A stretch of DNA of 64,000 bases from Alphaproteobacteria bacterium (GTDB lineage: Bacteria; Pseudomonadota; Alphaproteobacteria; SHVP01), in contig JAVJOO010000004.1 of NCBI GenBank assembly GCA_040216735.1, forward strand, positions 121,396 through 185,395, written 5' to 3'. The notes below the pieces were generated by a model. The model was not told the DNA's origin. It worked only from the letters and a program-made list of their open reading frames with translations, and ran no database searches. Positions 37,654 to 46,726 of the stretch are shown here, one piece after another. The first letter of the stretch is position 1. Each line of letters begins with the position of its first letter. The position numbers and the translations under genes are program-made.

Positions 37654-38895
37654 TTGCCGACGCCCTTAGCTATCTTGCCCGTATCCGCCTTGCTACTCGG
37701 CGTGACCGGGCTCGTGGTCGGGACCGGCGTGTTGGGTGTGCTTCTGCCCCTGCGTGGTGTTGCCGAAGGATTCTCTACCTATGGCGTCGCCGTGATGGGC
37801 GGCGGTTACTTCCTTGGGTTCATCGCGGGATGTTTGCTGACGCCGAGGCTGGTCGAGCGCGTTGGCCACATTCGGCTTTTTGCCTCATTGGCGGCGATTT
37901 GCGCGGCGACCGTGCTGGTCCATGCGCTGGCGGTCAACCTGCCGGTCTGGATCGCCGCTCGTATGGTAACCGGTTTCGCCGTCGCGGGTCTCTACATCGT
38001 CATAGAAAGCTGGCTCAACCATCAAGCGACGAACGAGACCCGCGGACGGCTCTTCGCGGTCTACATGGTCGTGAATTTCGTTGCGCTGATGACGGGCCAG
38101 TTGCTGATGGTGGTGATGGAAGTCGGGGCGGTGACGCCGTTCCTCGTAACCTGCCTGGCCGTGTGCCTTTCGCTGGTGCCGGTAGCGTTGTCGCGGACGA
38201 CGGCCCCCGTGGCGGAACCGACCGAACCGTTGAGCCTTCTCGCGCTCTATCGAATTTCGCCGCTCGGCACTGTGGGGTGCGTGCTTGTCGGCATCGCGAA
38301 CGGCTCATTCTGGTCGCTCGGACCGGTCTTCGGCGCCGAGCAGCTCGGATCGACGGCGCTTGCCGCCGTCTTTGTCAGCGTCTTCGTTTTAGGCGGGGCG
38401 GTTGGCCAGTGGCCGATCGGGCGCCTGTCGGACCGTTGGGACCGTCGCAAAGCCATCGTCGTAACCTGCCTGGCGGCGGGTTTGGGCGGCGTACTGATGG
38501 TCGTTTGGCCAGGCGGTTCCTTGGCGACGCTGGTCTGGGGCGGGGTGACCGGCGTCTTCATGCTGTCGATCTACTCGCTGTGCGTTGCGCACACCAACGA
38601 TCACGTTCAAAGCAAAGACTTCGTCGCGGCGAGCAGCGGGCTCTTGCTCTACTACGGACTGGGCGCTGTGAGCGGCCCAATCTTGGCTGCCGCGTTGATG
38701 TCCGAACTTGGGCCGCGCTTTTTGTTCCTGTGGACGGCTGTAGCCCACCTCGCGTTGGCGGGGTTTGCGATGTACCGCATGGGCCGCCGCGGCCCGGTCG
38801 CGGCGACCGATCGCGAGGACTTTGTACCGATGTTGCGGCCCGTGCCGGTCGCTACCGACATGGATCCGCGGGCGCCCACCGACTCTGCACCCTAG
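37654..38895 (+). CDS. MFS transporter (third, distinct subfamily)
   Basis: 12 TM segments, motif GRLSDRWDRRKA. Start codon uncertain. Confidence 0.7.
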   Translation: MPTPLAILPVSALLLGVTGLVVGTGVLGVLLPLRGVAEGFSTYGVAVMGGGYFLGFIAGCLLTPRLVERVGHIRLFASLAAICAATVLVHALAVNLPVWIAARMVTGFAVAGLYIVIESWLNHQATNETRGRLFAVYMVVNFVALMTGQLLMVVMEVGAVTPFLVTCLAVCLSLVPVALSRTTAPVAEPTEPLSLLALYRISPLGTVGCVLVGIANGSFWSLGPVFGAEQLGSTALAAVFVSVFVLGGAVGQWPIGRLSDRWDRRKAIVVTCLAAGLGGVLMVVWPGGSLATLVWGGVTGVFMLSIYSLCVAHTNDHVQSKDFVAASSGLLLYYGLGAVSGPILAAALMSELGPRFLFLWTAVAHLALAGFAMYRMGRRGPVAATDREDFVPMLRPVPVATDMDPRAPTDSAP

Positions 38896-38953
38896 CGCCG
38901 AAAAAGCCCGCCGCCGCCTGTTGCCTGCCGTCCAAGCCGCCTAAACTGAGGTC

Positions 38954-39619
38954 ATGTCCACTCCGCCCAAGCAAGAAGTCCACGTCAACGGACTGTTCCA
39001 GACCCCGGTCTTGGCGACGGTCCTGCCCGATAGCGTGACGCTCAGCCCGGCCCTCGAAAAAATCGTCCTGGCGCGCGAGAAATCCCATCCCTCGACCCAG
39101 CACAGCAACTTGGGCGGTTGGCAATCAGACACCGAGTTCTTGTCATGGGGCGGCCCCACCGCGGCATCGCTCGTCGGCCAAGCCCGCGCCTTGGTCGACC
39201 GGTTGACTGCCGATCGACATGGCCGGGCCGTGAAGGTCGACTGGCACATCAACGCGTGGGCCAACGTCAACCGCCTGCACCATGGCAACGAGTACCATAC
39301 CCATGCCGGCTGTTTTTGGTCGGCGGTCTACTACGTCGCCGACGGCGGGATCGCCGACGACCCGGCCCTTGGCGGTCAGCTTGAGTTCGCCGATCCGCGC
39401 GGTGTCGGACCGGCGATGCACGCACCGCTGCTCGCGTTTAGTTTTCCCGGCGGGCAATCCCTCGGGGCATCCGAGTCGATCACGCCGCGAAGCGGCATGA
39501 TGGTGATCTTCCCGTCCTTCCTTAGTCACGGGGTCCGGCCTTACCTTGGGAAGAGCGTCCGGATATCGATCGCCATCAACTTCTCTGCGACGCCGGCCCT
39601 AAATCCCTTGCTCGCTTAA
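38954..39619 (+). CDS. Putative 2OG-Fe(II) oxygenase (PF13759 / TIGR02466-like)
   Basis: HTHAGCFWSAVYYV...GQLEFADPRG...MVIFPSFLSHGV gives an HxD/E...H facial-triad-like pattern. Confidence 0.55.
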   Translation: MSTPPKQEVHVNGLFQTPVLATVLPDSVTLSPALEKIVLAREKSHPSTQHSNLGGWQSDTEFLSWGGPTAASLVGQARALVDRLTADRHGRAVKVDWHINAWANVNRLHHGNEYHTHAGCFWSAVYYVADGGIADDPALGGQLEFADPRGVGPAMHAPLLAFSFPGGQSLGASESITPRSGMMVIFPSFLSHGVRPYLGKSVRISIAINFSATPALNPLLA

Positions 39620-39669
39620 CGCGCAACGCGCCAAATCGCGCACACCGCCTGAACCCGAGGACCCTCGAT

Positions 39670-40653
39670 ATGCCGCTGCCTGTCGTTGCGATTGCCTTCA
39701 ACCCCGAGGATGAACGCGTCCGCCGGGAATTCGACGATGGACTGGCCGGGAAAGCCGGTGTGGTGTTCCTGCCCTCGCTCGAAGACGCCGCGCGCATCGA
39801 TGCGTTTACGTCGGCAAAGGCCGTTGTGGTGCGCGGATTCAAATCGGATTTGAGCTGGATCGATCCGAAGCTGATTGTGGGCAAGCTTATTCAGACGATG
39901 ATCGCCGGCGTCGATCAGCTCCCCTTCGATAGCCTGCCGCCCGGCGCGATGGTCGCCCACAACGGCGGCGCTTTCGCGCCGCAGATGGCCGAGCACATCG
40001 TTGGAATGATTTTGGCGGCCAAAAAGGATCTACTGGGCCGGCACCAGGCACTGGCGCGTGGCGCGTGGATGCAAGCCGACGGGACCCGTGAACTGCGCGG
40101 GGACACTTGTCTGATTGTCGGGTTCGGCGGGATCGGCAAGGCAACGGCGAAACTTCTGCGTGCTTTCGACGTTCGGATCGAGGCAGTCAATCGCAGCGGG
40201 CGAACCGACGAGCCGGTCGATACGATCGGAACGCTCGCGTCGTTGAACGAGCTGCTCCCGCGGGCCGATATCATTGTGCTCTCCCTTGGTCTGAACGCGC
40301 AGTCGCGGGACTTGATCGATCGCGAGGCCCTGGCATCGATGAAACGCGATGCAACGCTGGTCAACGTCGCCCGCGGCGCGGTGATCGATGAGGCGGCGCT
40401 CTTTGAGCACCTCCAGGCAAACCCATCCTTCTACGCCTGCATCGACACCTGGTGGGGGGAACCGTATCCCGACCGCAAATTCAGCGCGGCCTATCCGTTT
40501 ATCGATTTGCCGAACGTGATCGGCTCGCCGCATAACTCGGCCACGACCGGTACCTATTTCGTCAACGCTGCCCGTCATGCGGTTGCCAACGTCTGCCGCT
40601 ACCTGGAAACCGGTACCGCAGAGCGCCTTGTCACCGAGGCCGATCGCCCCTGA
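39670..40653 (+). CDS. D-isomer-specific 2-hydroxyacid dehydrogenase (NAD-binding)
   Basis: GFGGIGKATAKLL Rossmann motif. Catalytic pattern VNVARG...D, and H in IGSPHNSATT. Confidence 0.8.
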   Translation: MPLPVVAIAFNPEDERVRREFDDGLAGKAGVVFLPSLEDAARIDAFTSAKAVVVRGFKSDLSWIDPKLIVGKLIQTMIAGVDQLPFDSLPPGAMVAHNGGAFAPQMAEHIVGMILAAKKDLLGRHQALARGAWMQADGTRELRGDTCLIVGFGGIGKATAKLLRAFDVRIEAVNRSGRTDEPVDTIGTLASLNELLPRADIIVLSLGLNAQSRDLIDREALASMKRDATLVNVARGAVIDEAALFEHLQANPSFYACIDTWWGEPYPDRKFSAAYPFIDLPNVIGSPHNSATTGTYFVNAARHAVANVCRYLETGTAERLVTEADRP

Positions 40654-40809
40654 ACCCGGCATTTCCGACGCTGGATGCGCGACCCAGTTAGAAATAGCGG
40701 GGCCAAGGCTGGGGAAAGGACGCGCGCCGTGACGACGGTCACAGCCAACTCCCGAAACCCGTGGAATACTGCGGCATTGAGTAACCACGACGCGTAGTAA
40801 ATTTTGTAA

Positions 40810-40843
40810 GGCGGTCCCCCCGCTGGCCCTGGAGGGGGACCGC
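40810..40843. repeat. Strong GC-rich stem-loop (ggcggtccccc ... gggggaccgcc)
   Basis: Perfect 11-bp inverted repeat with a 13-nt loop in the 254-nt spacer. Possible terminator or REP-like element. Confidence 0.4.
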
Positions 40844-40907
40844 CCTTTACCCCTGGGCCCTAAATGACAGTATCCTGCGACGGGCCGACACGCGTCGTTT
40901 AAGGGGA

Positions 40908-42299
40908 TTGGAACTGTCGACTTCAAACGCTGGCCAAGACCGACCGAAGCTCACCGAGCGGCTGAACCGCGCGATGTCCAACGTCCCCACTCGACTCGGC
41001 GTCTGGCCCAGTGCGGTGCTGGCAAGCGTCTTGTTCACCCTCGTTCTGAATGCAGTAGCGCTTCTCTCCTTCTGGGTATTCGATCTTCCCGGATATAGGG
41101 AACGACCGGCGAATGGCGTCTTTCTCGCCATTATTCCGTTGGTTGTGGCCGTGCCGATTTGGTTGGCGGTATTCGCGGCGTTGGATCGGGCGAGACGCGC
41201 GGAACTTAGGGCCCGCGACAATGAAGCGAAGTTTCGGGACCTCGCCGAGGGGTCGGTCCAAGGCATTTGTATTCAACGCAATTTCGAGCCGCTCTATTGC
41301 AACCGGGCCTTTGCCGACATCTTTGGCTTTGGATCGGTGGCCGAAGCGCTCGAATCCGGCACGATGAGTTGGATGTTGCCCGAGGCGGCACGCACGGCGG
41401 CGCTCGAACGATCAAAAGAAAGCCGTCAACTCGGTCGTGCCCGCGAGGCCATACACCCGGCGTTCCGTAAAGACGGGAGCGAAGTGTGGGTCGAAAGTCA
41501 TATCCAGCATGTCATTTGGGACGGGGTCGAGGCGGTTCAACTGACCGTCCTCGACGTCAGCGAACGCCGACAGATCGAGCGAATGAAGAACGAATTCGTT
41601 TCGACGGTCAGTCACGAATTGCGGACGCCATTAACCTCCATCAAAGGCGCCCTTGGCCTCCTCGAATCGGGCATGGTCGGACACATTTCCGAACGAGCCC
41701 AGGAAATCGTCACGATCGCCGCGAACAACAGCGACCGGCTCATTCGATTGATCAACGATATTCTCGACATTGAGCGTATCGAAGCCGGTCGCTCTTCGCT
41801 CCGCAGAGAATCCGTTGACCTCATCTCGTTGGTTCGGCTGGCGGTAGATCAGTCTATTGGATTAGCGCATGGCGAAGGGGTCAGCCTCTCGGTGCTCGAC
41901 ACACATACCCCTGTTCATGCCGAGGGCGACCGGGACCAACTCTTGCAGGTCTTGGTGAATCTTCTCGCGAATGCGATCAAGTTCTCGCCCCGCGGCACGG
42001 ATGTGGTCGTGCGTGTCGTTTCTGCCGAAACGTCGGTGCGCGTCTCTGTGACCGACCGCGGTCCGGGCATCTCGGAGGAGTTTCGGCCGCATCTATTCGA
42101 GAAATTTTCCCAAGCCGATGCGTCGACTGCGCGCAAACACGGCGGCACCGGCCTTGGTCTCCACATCTGCAAACTCATCGTCGATCGTCATCGCGGCACG
42201 ATTGGGTACCAGCCGGCCCCAGGTGGAGGATCGATCTTCTACTTCGACATTCCCAAGACGATCGCCGCGACAAGCCCAAAGCGCCTCGCGGCCGAGTAG
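40908..42299 (+). CDS. PAS-domain sensor histidine kinase (membrane-anchored)
   Basis: Two N-terminal TM segments, a PAS region, H-box HELRTPLTSI, N-box NLLANAIKFS and G-box GGTGLGLHICK. Confidence 0.8.
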   Translation: MELSTSNAGQDRPKLTERLNRAMSNVPTRLGVWPSAVLASVLFTLVLNAVALLSFWVFDLPGYRERPANGVFLAIIPLVVAVPIWLAVFAALDRARRAELRARDNEAKFRDLAEGSVQGICIQRNFEPLYCNRAFADIFGFGSVAEALESGTMSWMLPEAARTAALERSKESRQLGRAREAIHPAFRKDGSEVWVESHIQHVIWDGVEAVQLTVLDVSERRQIERMKNEFVSTVSHELRTPLTSIKGALGLLESGMVGHISERAQEIVTIAANNSDRLIRLINDILDIERIEAGRSSLRRESVDLISLVRLAVDQSIGLAHGEGVSLSVLDTHTPVHAEGDRDQLLQVLVNLLANAIKFSPRGTDVVVRVVSAETSVRVSVTDRGPGISEEFRPHLFEKFSQADASTARKHGGTGLGLHICKLIVDRHRGTIGYQPAPGGGSIFYFDIPKTIAATSPKRLAAE

Positions 42300-42386
42300 G
42301 GCGGTGCCGGTTTGGCCGAGTGGCGCGGCGATCCCCCGCGTCGTAGGTGGAGCTTTCAGGTTGTTCGGCCTTTTTAGGGGGCGGAG

Positions 42387-43520
42387 ATGACTCCCGACGA
42401 GGCGTTTGCGGAAGGAATCAAAGCGCTGCGACAAGGGTCGCCTGGCCGCGCCGAATCGGTGTTCCGCGATATCTTGAAGGTGGCCCCGGATCACGCGCCG
42501 AGCATCCATTTTCTCGGCGTCGTATTGTTCCAGGGCGGCCAACGCGACGAGGCGCTGAAAATGATGACGCGCTCAATTGCTTTGCGGCCGAAAGAGGCGT
42601 CGTTTCACCAGAACCTCGGCGGCGCGTTGCGCGACCTCGGCCGCTATGACGAAGCACTACCGGTTCTGCGCCGCGCGCTTGACCTATCGCCTAACGATGC
42701 GACGGCGGCGGCCAATGTCGCCACGGTGCTGCACCGGCTTGGACAGCGCGGCGAAGCGGTAAACGCGGGGCAACACGCCTTGGCGATGAAGGATCGTCAG
42801 GCTGTCGCCCGCGCGGGGGTGGTTCCCCTTCGGGCGGACGCAATAGTGGTTCCACCGTTCCGAGCCGATGCGCCGGCACGCAATGTCATCGCTTTCTCGC
42901 TGTGGGGGAGCGGCGGAGAATATCTTGCTGGCGCGCTCGAAAACGCCGAGCTCGTCGGTACCGTCTACCCCGGTTGGACCGCGCGATTCTATGTCGATTC
43001 CACGGTTCCACAGCCTGTCGTCGGCGTTCTGAAGAAACTTGGCGCCGAGATCGTCGTCCGGCCGAAACCGCCACAGGCGGCGCGGGGGGCATTCTGGCGC
43101 TTCGAGGCAGCGAACGATCCGACCATCGACCGATTTTTGTGCCGTGACTGCGACGCCCGGCTCAACGCGCGCGAGGCGGCAGCCGTCGCCGAGTGGATCG
43201 ACGAGGGGAGCGCTTTCCATGTCATGCGGGACAGCCCGGCCCATATCGAACTTGTCCTCGCGGGGATGTGGGGCGGCGTTGCCGGCGTTCTGCCGGCGCT
43301 GGGTCCGATGATCGAGGCCCAAATGACGCAGTACGGCGGCCGCTGGGCCGATCAGGTTTTCCTCCGTCAGGAAATCTGGCCTCGTATCCGTCCGGTCGCT
43401 CTCGCCCACGATTCGGTCTTTCAGATCGCGCGGTCGCGACCGTTTCCCAAGGGCGCAGACCTCGCGGCCGGTCGACATGTCGGTGGCGCAGTCCTGGCGG
43501 GTCGCCGCGGTAGCCTTTGA
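42387..43520 (+). CDS. TPR-repeat protein with a C-terminal DxD-containing putative glycosyltransferase-like domain
   Basis: N-terminal TPR repeats (AEGIKALRQG...ALRPKEASFHQNLGGALRDLGRYDEA). C-terminal roughly 230 aa with FSLWGSGGEY and RDCDARL (DxD). Confidence 0.5.
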   Translation: MTPDEAFAEGIKALRQGSPGRAESVFRDILKVAPDHAPSIHFLGVVLFQGGQRDEALKMMTRSIALRPKEASFHQNLGGALRDLGRYDEALPVLRRALDLSPNDATAAANVATVLHRLGQRGEAVNAGQHALAMKDRQAVARAGVVPLRADAIVVPPFRADAPARNVIAFSLWGSGGEYLAGALENAELVGTVYPGWTARFYVDSTVPQPVVGVLKKLGAEIVVRPKPPQAARGAFWRFEAANDPTIDRFLCRDCDARLNAREAAAVAEWIDEGSAFHVMRDSPAHIELVLAGMWGGVAGVLPALGPMIEAQMTQYGGRWADQVFLRQEIWPRIRPVALAHDSVFQIARSRPFPKGADLAAGRHVGGAVLAGRRGSL

Positions 43521-43593
43521 ACGTCGGGCACGTCCGTCACCCGGTGGGCGGCCATTTGCCTTGGTTTCGCCCGGTTGCTGTCACCCACTCGTC

Positions 43594-43857
43594 ATGAACC
43601 TCCTGTACTGGAAGGCGGATGATGAAGCGGGACGCCTGTACCGAATTGAGGCGGCGCCCATACAAGAGTTGGAAACGATGTATCACACGACACGCGACAA
43701 ACTGGTTCCCTTGGACGTGCGACTGCCGGAGGCCGTTATCGCGCGGCTGGAGGCGACCGCCTACCGCGAGGGCGTGCGGCTCTCGGATATGATCCAAACG
43801 ATAATCGAAACGGGGCTGGATACGCACAACGGACAGGAGATCCGCCGCGCCGCTTAA
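43594..43857 (+). CDS. Small ribbon-helix-helix-like protein (87 aa)
   Basis: C-terminal VPLDVRLPEAVIARLEATAYREGVRLSDMIQTIIETGL fits the RHH beta-alpha-alpha pattern. Start chosen at M40 of the track ORF. Confidence 0.35.
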   Translation: MNLLYWKADDEAGRLYRIEAAPIQELETMYHTTRDKLVPLDVRLPEAVIARLEATAYREGVRLSDMIQTIIETGLDTHNGQEIRRAA

Positions 43858-43910
43858 CCCGTGACAAATCCGCGGCGCGGCTTCTGACCTATCCGCGGTC
43901 AGGTCGCCGG

Positions 43911-45176
43911 TTACTCTGCGGCCTGCCGGTTGGCCGGGTTGCGGGGATCCTCGGTCCACGGGGTATAGGGGCGTCCGTTATCGACACGTACCATCGTGAT
44001 GCAGTTATCTACCGGACAGACCAACATACATAGATTGCAGCCCACGCATTCCGCATCGACCACTTCGTAGCGCCGAACGCCGTTACTGCGCGCGGTAATC
44101 GCTTGGTGCGCCGTATCCTCACAGGCGATGTGGCACAGCCCGCACTTAATGCATGCATCCTGGTCGATCCGCGCGACAATCTCGTAGTTGATGTCGAGGT
44201 TTTCCCACCGAACGTAGTTCTCGACGGCGCGTCCGCGCACATCGTCGATCGTGCGGTAGCCCTTCGAATCCATCCAATTCGACAAGCCGTCGATCATGTC
44301 TTCGACGATCTTGAACCCTTGATGCATGGCCGCGGTGCAGACTTGAACGGTCCCGGCACCCATTGCGATATGTTCGGCGGCGTCGCGCCACGTTGAAATA
44401 CCGCCGATTCCTGAAATCGGCAAACCCGATCCGAACTCGCGGGCGATGTCGCCGATCATGCGCAGGGCGATCGGCTTGACCGCTGGGCCACAATAGCCGC
44501 CGTGACTCCCCTTGCCGTTGACCTCGGGTAGCGGCGACATCGTATCGAGATCGACACCGATGACGGAGGCCACGGTATTGATGAGCGAAACGGCGTCGGC
44601 CTTGCCATCTACCGCCGCCTGGGCGGGGAACAGGACGTCGTTGACGTTTGGCGTCAGCTTCACGATCACCGGTAAACGGGTGTGCTTCTTGGCCCACTCG
44701 GTGACCATCGTGACGTATTCGGGCACCTGGCCGACTGCGGCGCCCATGCCGCGTTCGGACATGCCGTGTGGACAGCCGAAATTCAGCTCCACGCCGTCGC
44801 AACCGGTGTCCTCCACCTGGCGGAGAATGGTTTCCCACGCGGGTTCCTCGCACGGGACCATCAGCGACACGACGATAGCCCGATCCGGCCACCGTTTTTT
44901 CACGTCTTTGATTTCCTGCAGGTTCACCGCGACCGGGCGGTCGCTGATCAGTTCGATGTTGGTAAATCCGGCAACCCGCGTGCCGTTGTAGCCGTTGGCG
45001 CCGTAGCGCGACGACACGTTCACGACCGGTTCGCCGACCGTCTTCCAAACCACGCCGCCCCAACCGGCTTCGAAGGCGCGTTCGACGTTATAGGCTTTGT
45101 CGGTTGGGGGGCCCGAGGCGAGCCAAAAAGGATTGGGCGATTTGATCCCGGCAAAGTTTGCGCGCAGGTCGGCCAT
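43911..45176 (-). CDS. preA: NAD-dependent dihydropyrimidine dehydrogenase subunit PreA
   Basis: DHODH-like TIM barrel followed by two 4Fe-4S motifs (CIKCGLCHIACE, CVGCNLCMLVCP). Confidence 0.85.
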   Translation of the reverse strand: MADLRANFAGIKSPNPFWLASGPPTDKAYNVERAFEAGWGGVVWKTVGEPVVNVSSRYGANGYNGTRVAGFTNIELISDRPVAVNLQEIKDVKKRWPDRAIVVSLMVPCEEPAWETILRQVEDTGCDGVELNFGCPHGMSERGMGAAVGQVPEYVTMVTEWAKKHTRLPVIVKLTPNVNDVLFPAQAAVDGKADAVSLINTVASVIGVDLDTMSPLPEVNGKGSHGGYCGPAVKPIALRMIGDIAREFGSGLPISGIGGISTWRDAAEHIAMGAGTVQVCTAAMHQGFKIVEDMIDGLSNWMDSKGYRTIDDVRGRAVENYVRWENLDINYEIVARIDQDACIKCGLCHIACEDTAHQAITARSNGVRRYEVVDAECVGCNLCMLVCPVDNCITMVRVDNGRPYTPWTEDPRNPANRQAAE

Positions 45177-45194
45177 GGTGGGTTCCTCTCTCGT

Positions 45195-46541
45195 TCAGCC
45201 GCGCAGGTCGCCGTCGATGGCGCGCGCGGCAATCTTACCGTCCTCGACGGCCTGTACCGTCAGATCTTTTCCGTCGATGCAATCGCCCCCGGCGTAGACG
45301 CCCTTGAGCGACGTGCGCCCCATTGCATCGGTAACGATGCGGCCGCCGCGTACGTCGAGGGGCTCCTTCGCACCTCCCTGAACGGGGTCGGCGACCAGAA
45401 CCTGGCCCACCGCGGTCAACGCCATGTCGGCGGGGACCAGATAGGTCTCGCCGGTGCCTTCGATTCTGCCACCTGTCATGCGGGTGCGTTCGAACTCGAC
45501 GCCGGTTAGGCCGCCGCCCGAGCCGACGAACCGTACAGGCTTGGACCAATATTTGATCTTCACTCCGTCGGTTTGCGCGAATTCCTGCTCGTGGTCTGTG
45601 GCGCCCATTTCGTCCGGGCCGCGGCGATAGATCATCGTGACATCGTCGGCACCGAGGCGGCGGCTCTGGATCGCCGCGTCGATCGCCGTGTTGCCGCCGC
45701 CAATGACAACGACCCGGCGACCGACGGCAAGCGCGGCGAGATCGGGGGCCTGCCGCAGCCGTGCAATGAAATCGACAGCCGGTTCGACGCCATCGAGGTC
45801 CTCGCCGGCGATCTCGATGGCGCGCACCCCCGTTTGGCCGATGCCCAGGAACACCGCATCGTAGTCGCGCCGCAGTCCCTCCAATGTCAGGTCTTTGCCG
45901 AGGGTCTTGCCGGTCTCGATCGAGATCCCGCCGATCCCAAGAATGAAATCGATCTCCCTTTGGGCGAAGCCGCCAACCACCTTGTAGGCCGCAATGCCGT
46001 ATTCGTTCAGGCCGCCCGGCTTGTCGCGGGCATCGTACACGGTGACGGCGTGGCCGAGCCGGGCCAACCGGTGGGCGCATGACAGGCCGGCAGGGCCGGC
46101 ACCAACGACGGCGACCTTCTTCCCGGTGGCTGCGGTGCGCGCGAACGGCTGTTCGCCGGTTTCGAAAAATAGATCGGTGGCGTAGCGCTGCAGCAAACCT
46201 ATCGCGACGGGTTTGGTTTCTTGGGCGTCGCGCACGCAGGCTTCTTCGCACAGTTCCTCAACCGGACAAACCCGCGCACAGGCGCCGCCGAAAATGTTGG
46301 GTTCGAGAATATCGAGCGCTGCGCCGCGGATATTGTCCGTCGATATCTTGCGAATGAAGGATGGAATATCGATCCCGGTGGGGCAGGCTTCGACGCAGGG
46401 CGCGTCGTAGCAAAAGTAGCACCGGCTGGCCTCGATCAAGGCCCGCCGGCGGTCGAGAGGAACCCTGGCGTCGGTCTCGAACCCAGCGGCATAGGCTGCC
46501 GCATCGAGGCGTCCAGCGGCGATGTCACGTTGTTCTGCCAT
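45195..46541 (-). CDS. preT: NAD-dependent dihydropyrimidine dehydrogenase subunit PreT (GltD-like)
   Basis: N-terminal Fe-S Cys clusters (CYFCYDAPCVEACP, CARVCPVEELCEEAC) and an FAD/NAD dinucleotide motif VAVVGAGPAGLSCA. Confidence 0.85.
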   Translation of the reverse strand: MAEQRDIAAGRLDAAAYAAGFETDARVPLDRRRALIEASRCYFCYDAPCVEACPTGIDIPSFIRKISTDNIRGAALDILEPNIFGGACARVCPVEELCEEACVRDAQETKPVAIGLLQRYATDLFFETGEQPFARTAATGKKVAVVGAGPAGLSCAHRLARLGHAVTVYDARDKPGGLNEYGIAAYKVVGGFAQREIDFILGIGGISIETGKTLGKDLTLEGLRRDYDAVFLGIGQTGVRAIEIAGEDLDGVEPAVDFIARLRQAPDLAALAVGRRVVVIGGGNTAIDAAIQSRRLGADDVTMIYRRGPDEMGATDHEQEFAQTDGVKIKYWSKPVRFVGSGGGLTGVEFERTRMTGGRIEGTGETYLVPADMALTAVGQVLVADPVQGGAKEPLDVRGGRIVTDAMGRTSLKGVYAGGDCIDGKDLTVQAVEDGKIAARAIDGDLRG

Positions 46542-46726
46542 GGTTCCCTACCGACCAAAACGCAATACCAGCATGTTGCGGGTCGGCAATGCCAGTCAAA
46601 AAGGTGGCAATACCCCGTGCATGGTCCCTTCGAGGCAGTCGCTCCGCCGGTTAGATGCGCGCAATCCCGTTGCGTGCGGGCGCCGGAGTGCTATACCCGA
46701 GCGATCTTTCTCGACGGGGATGATCG

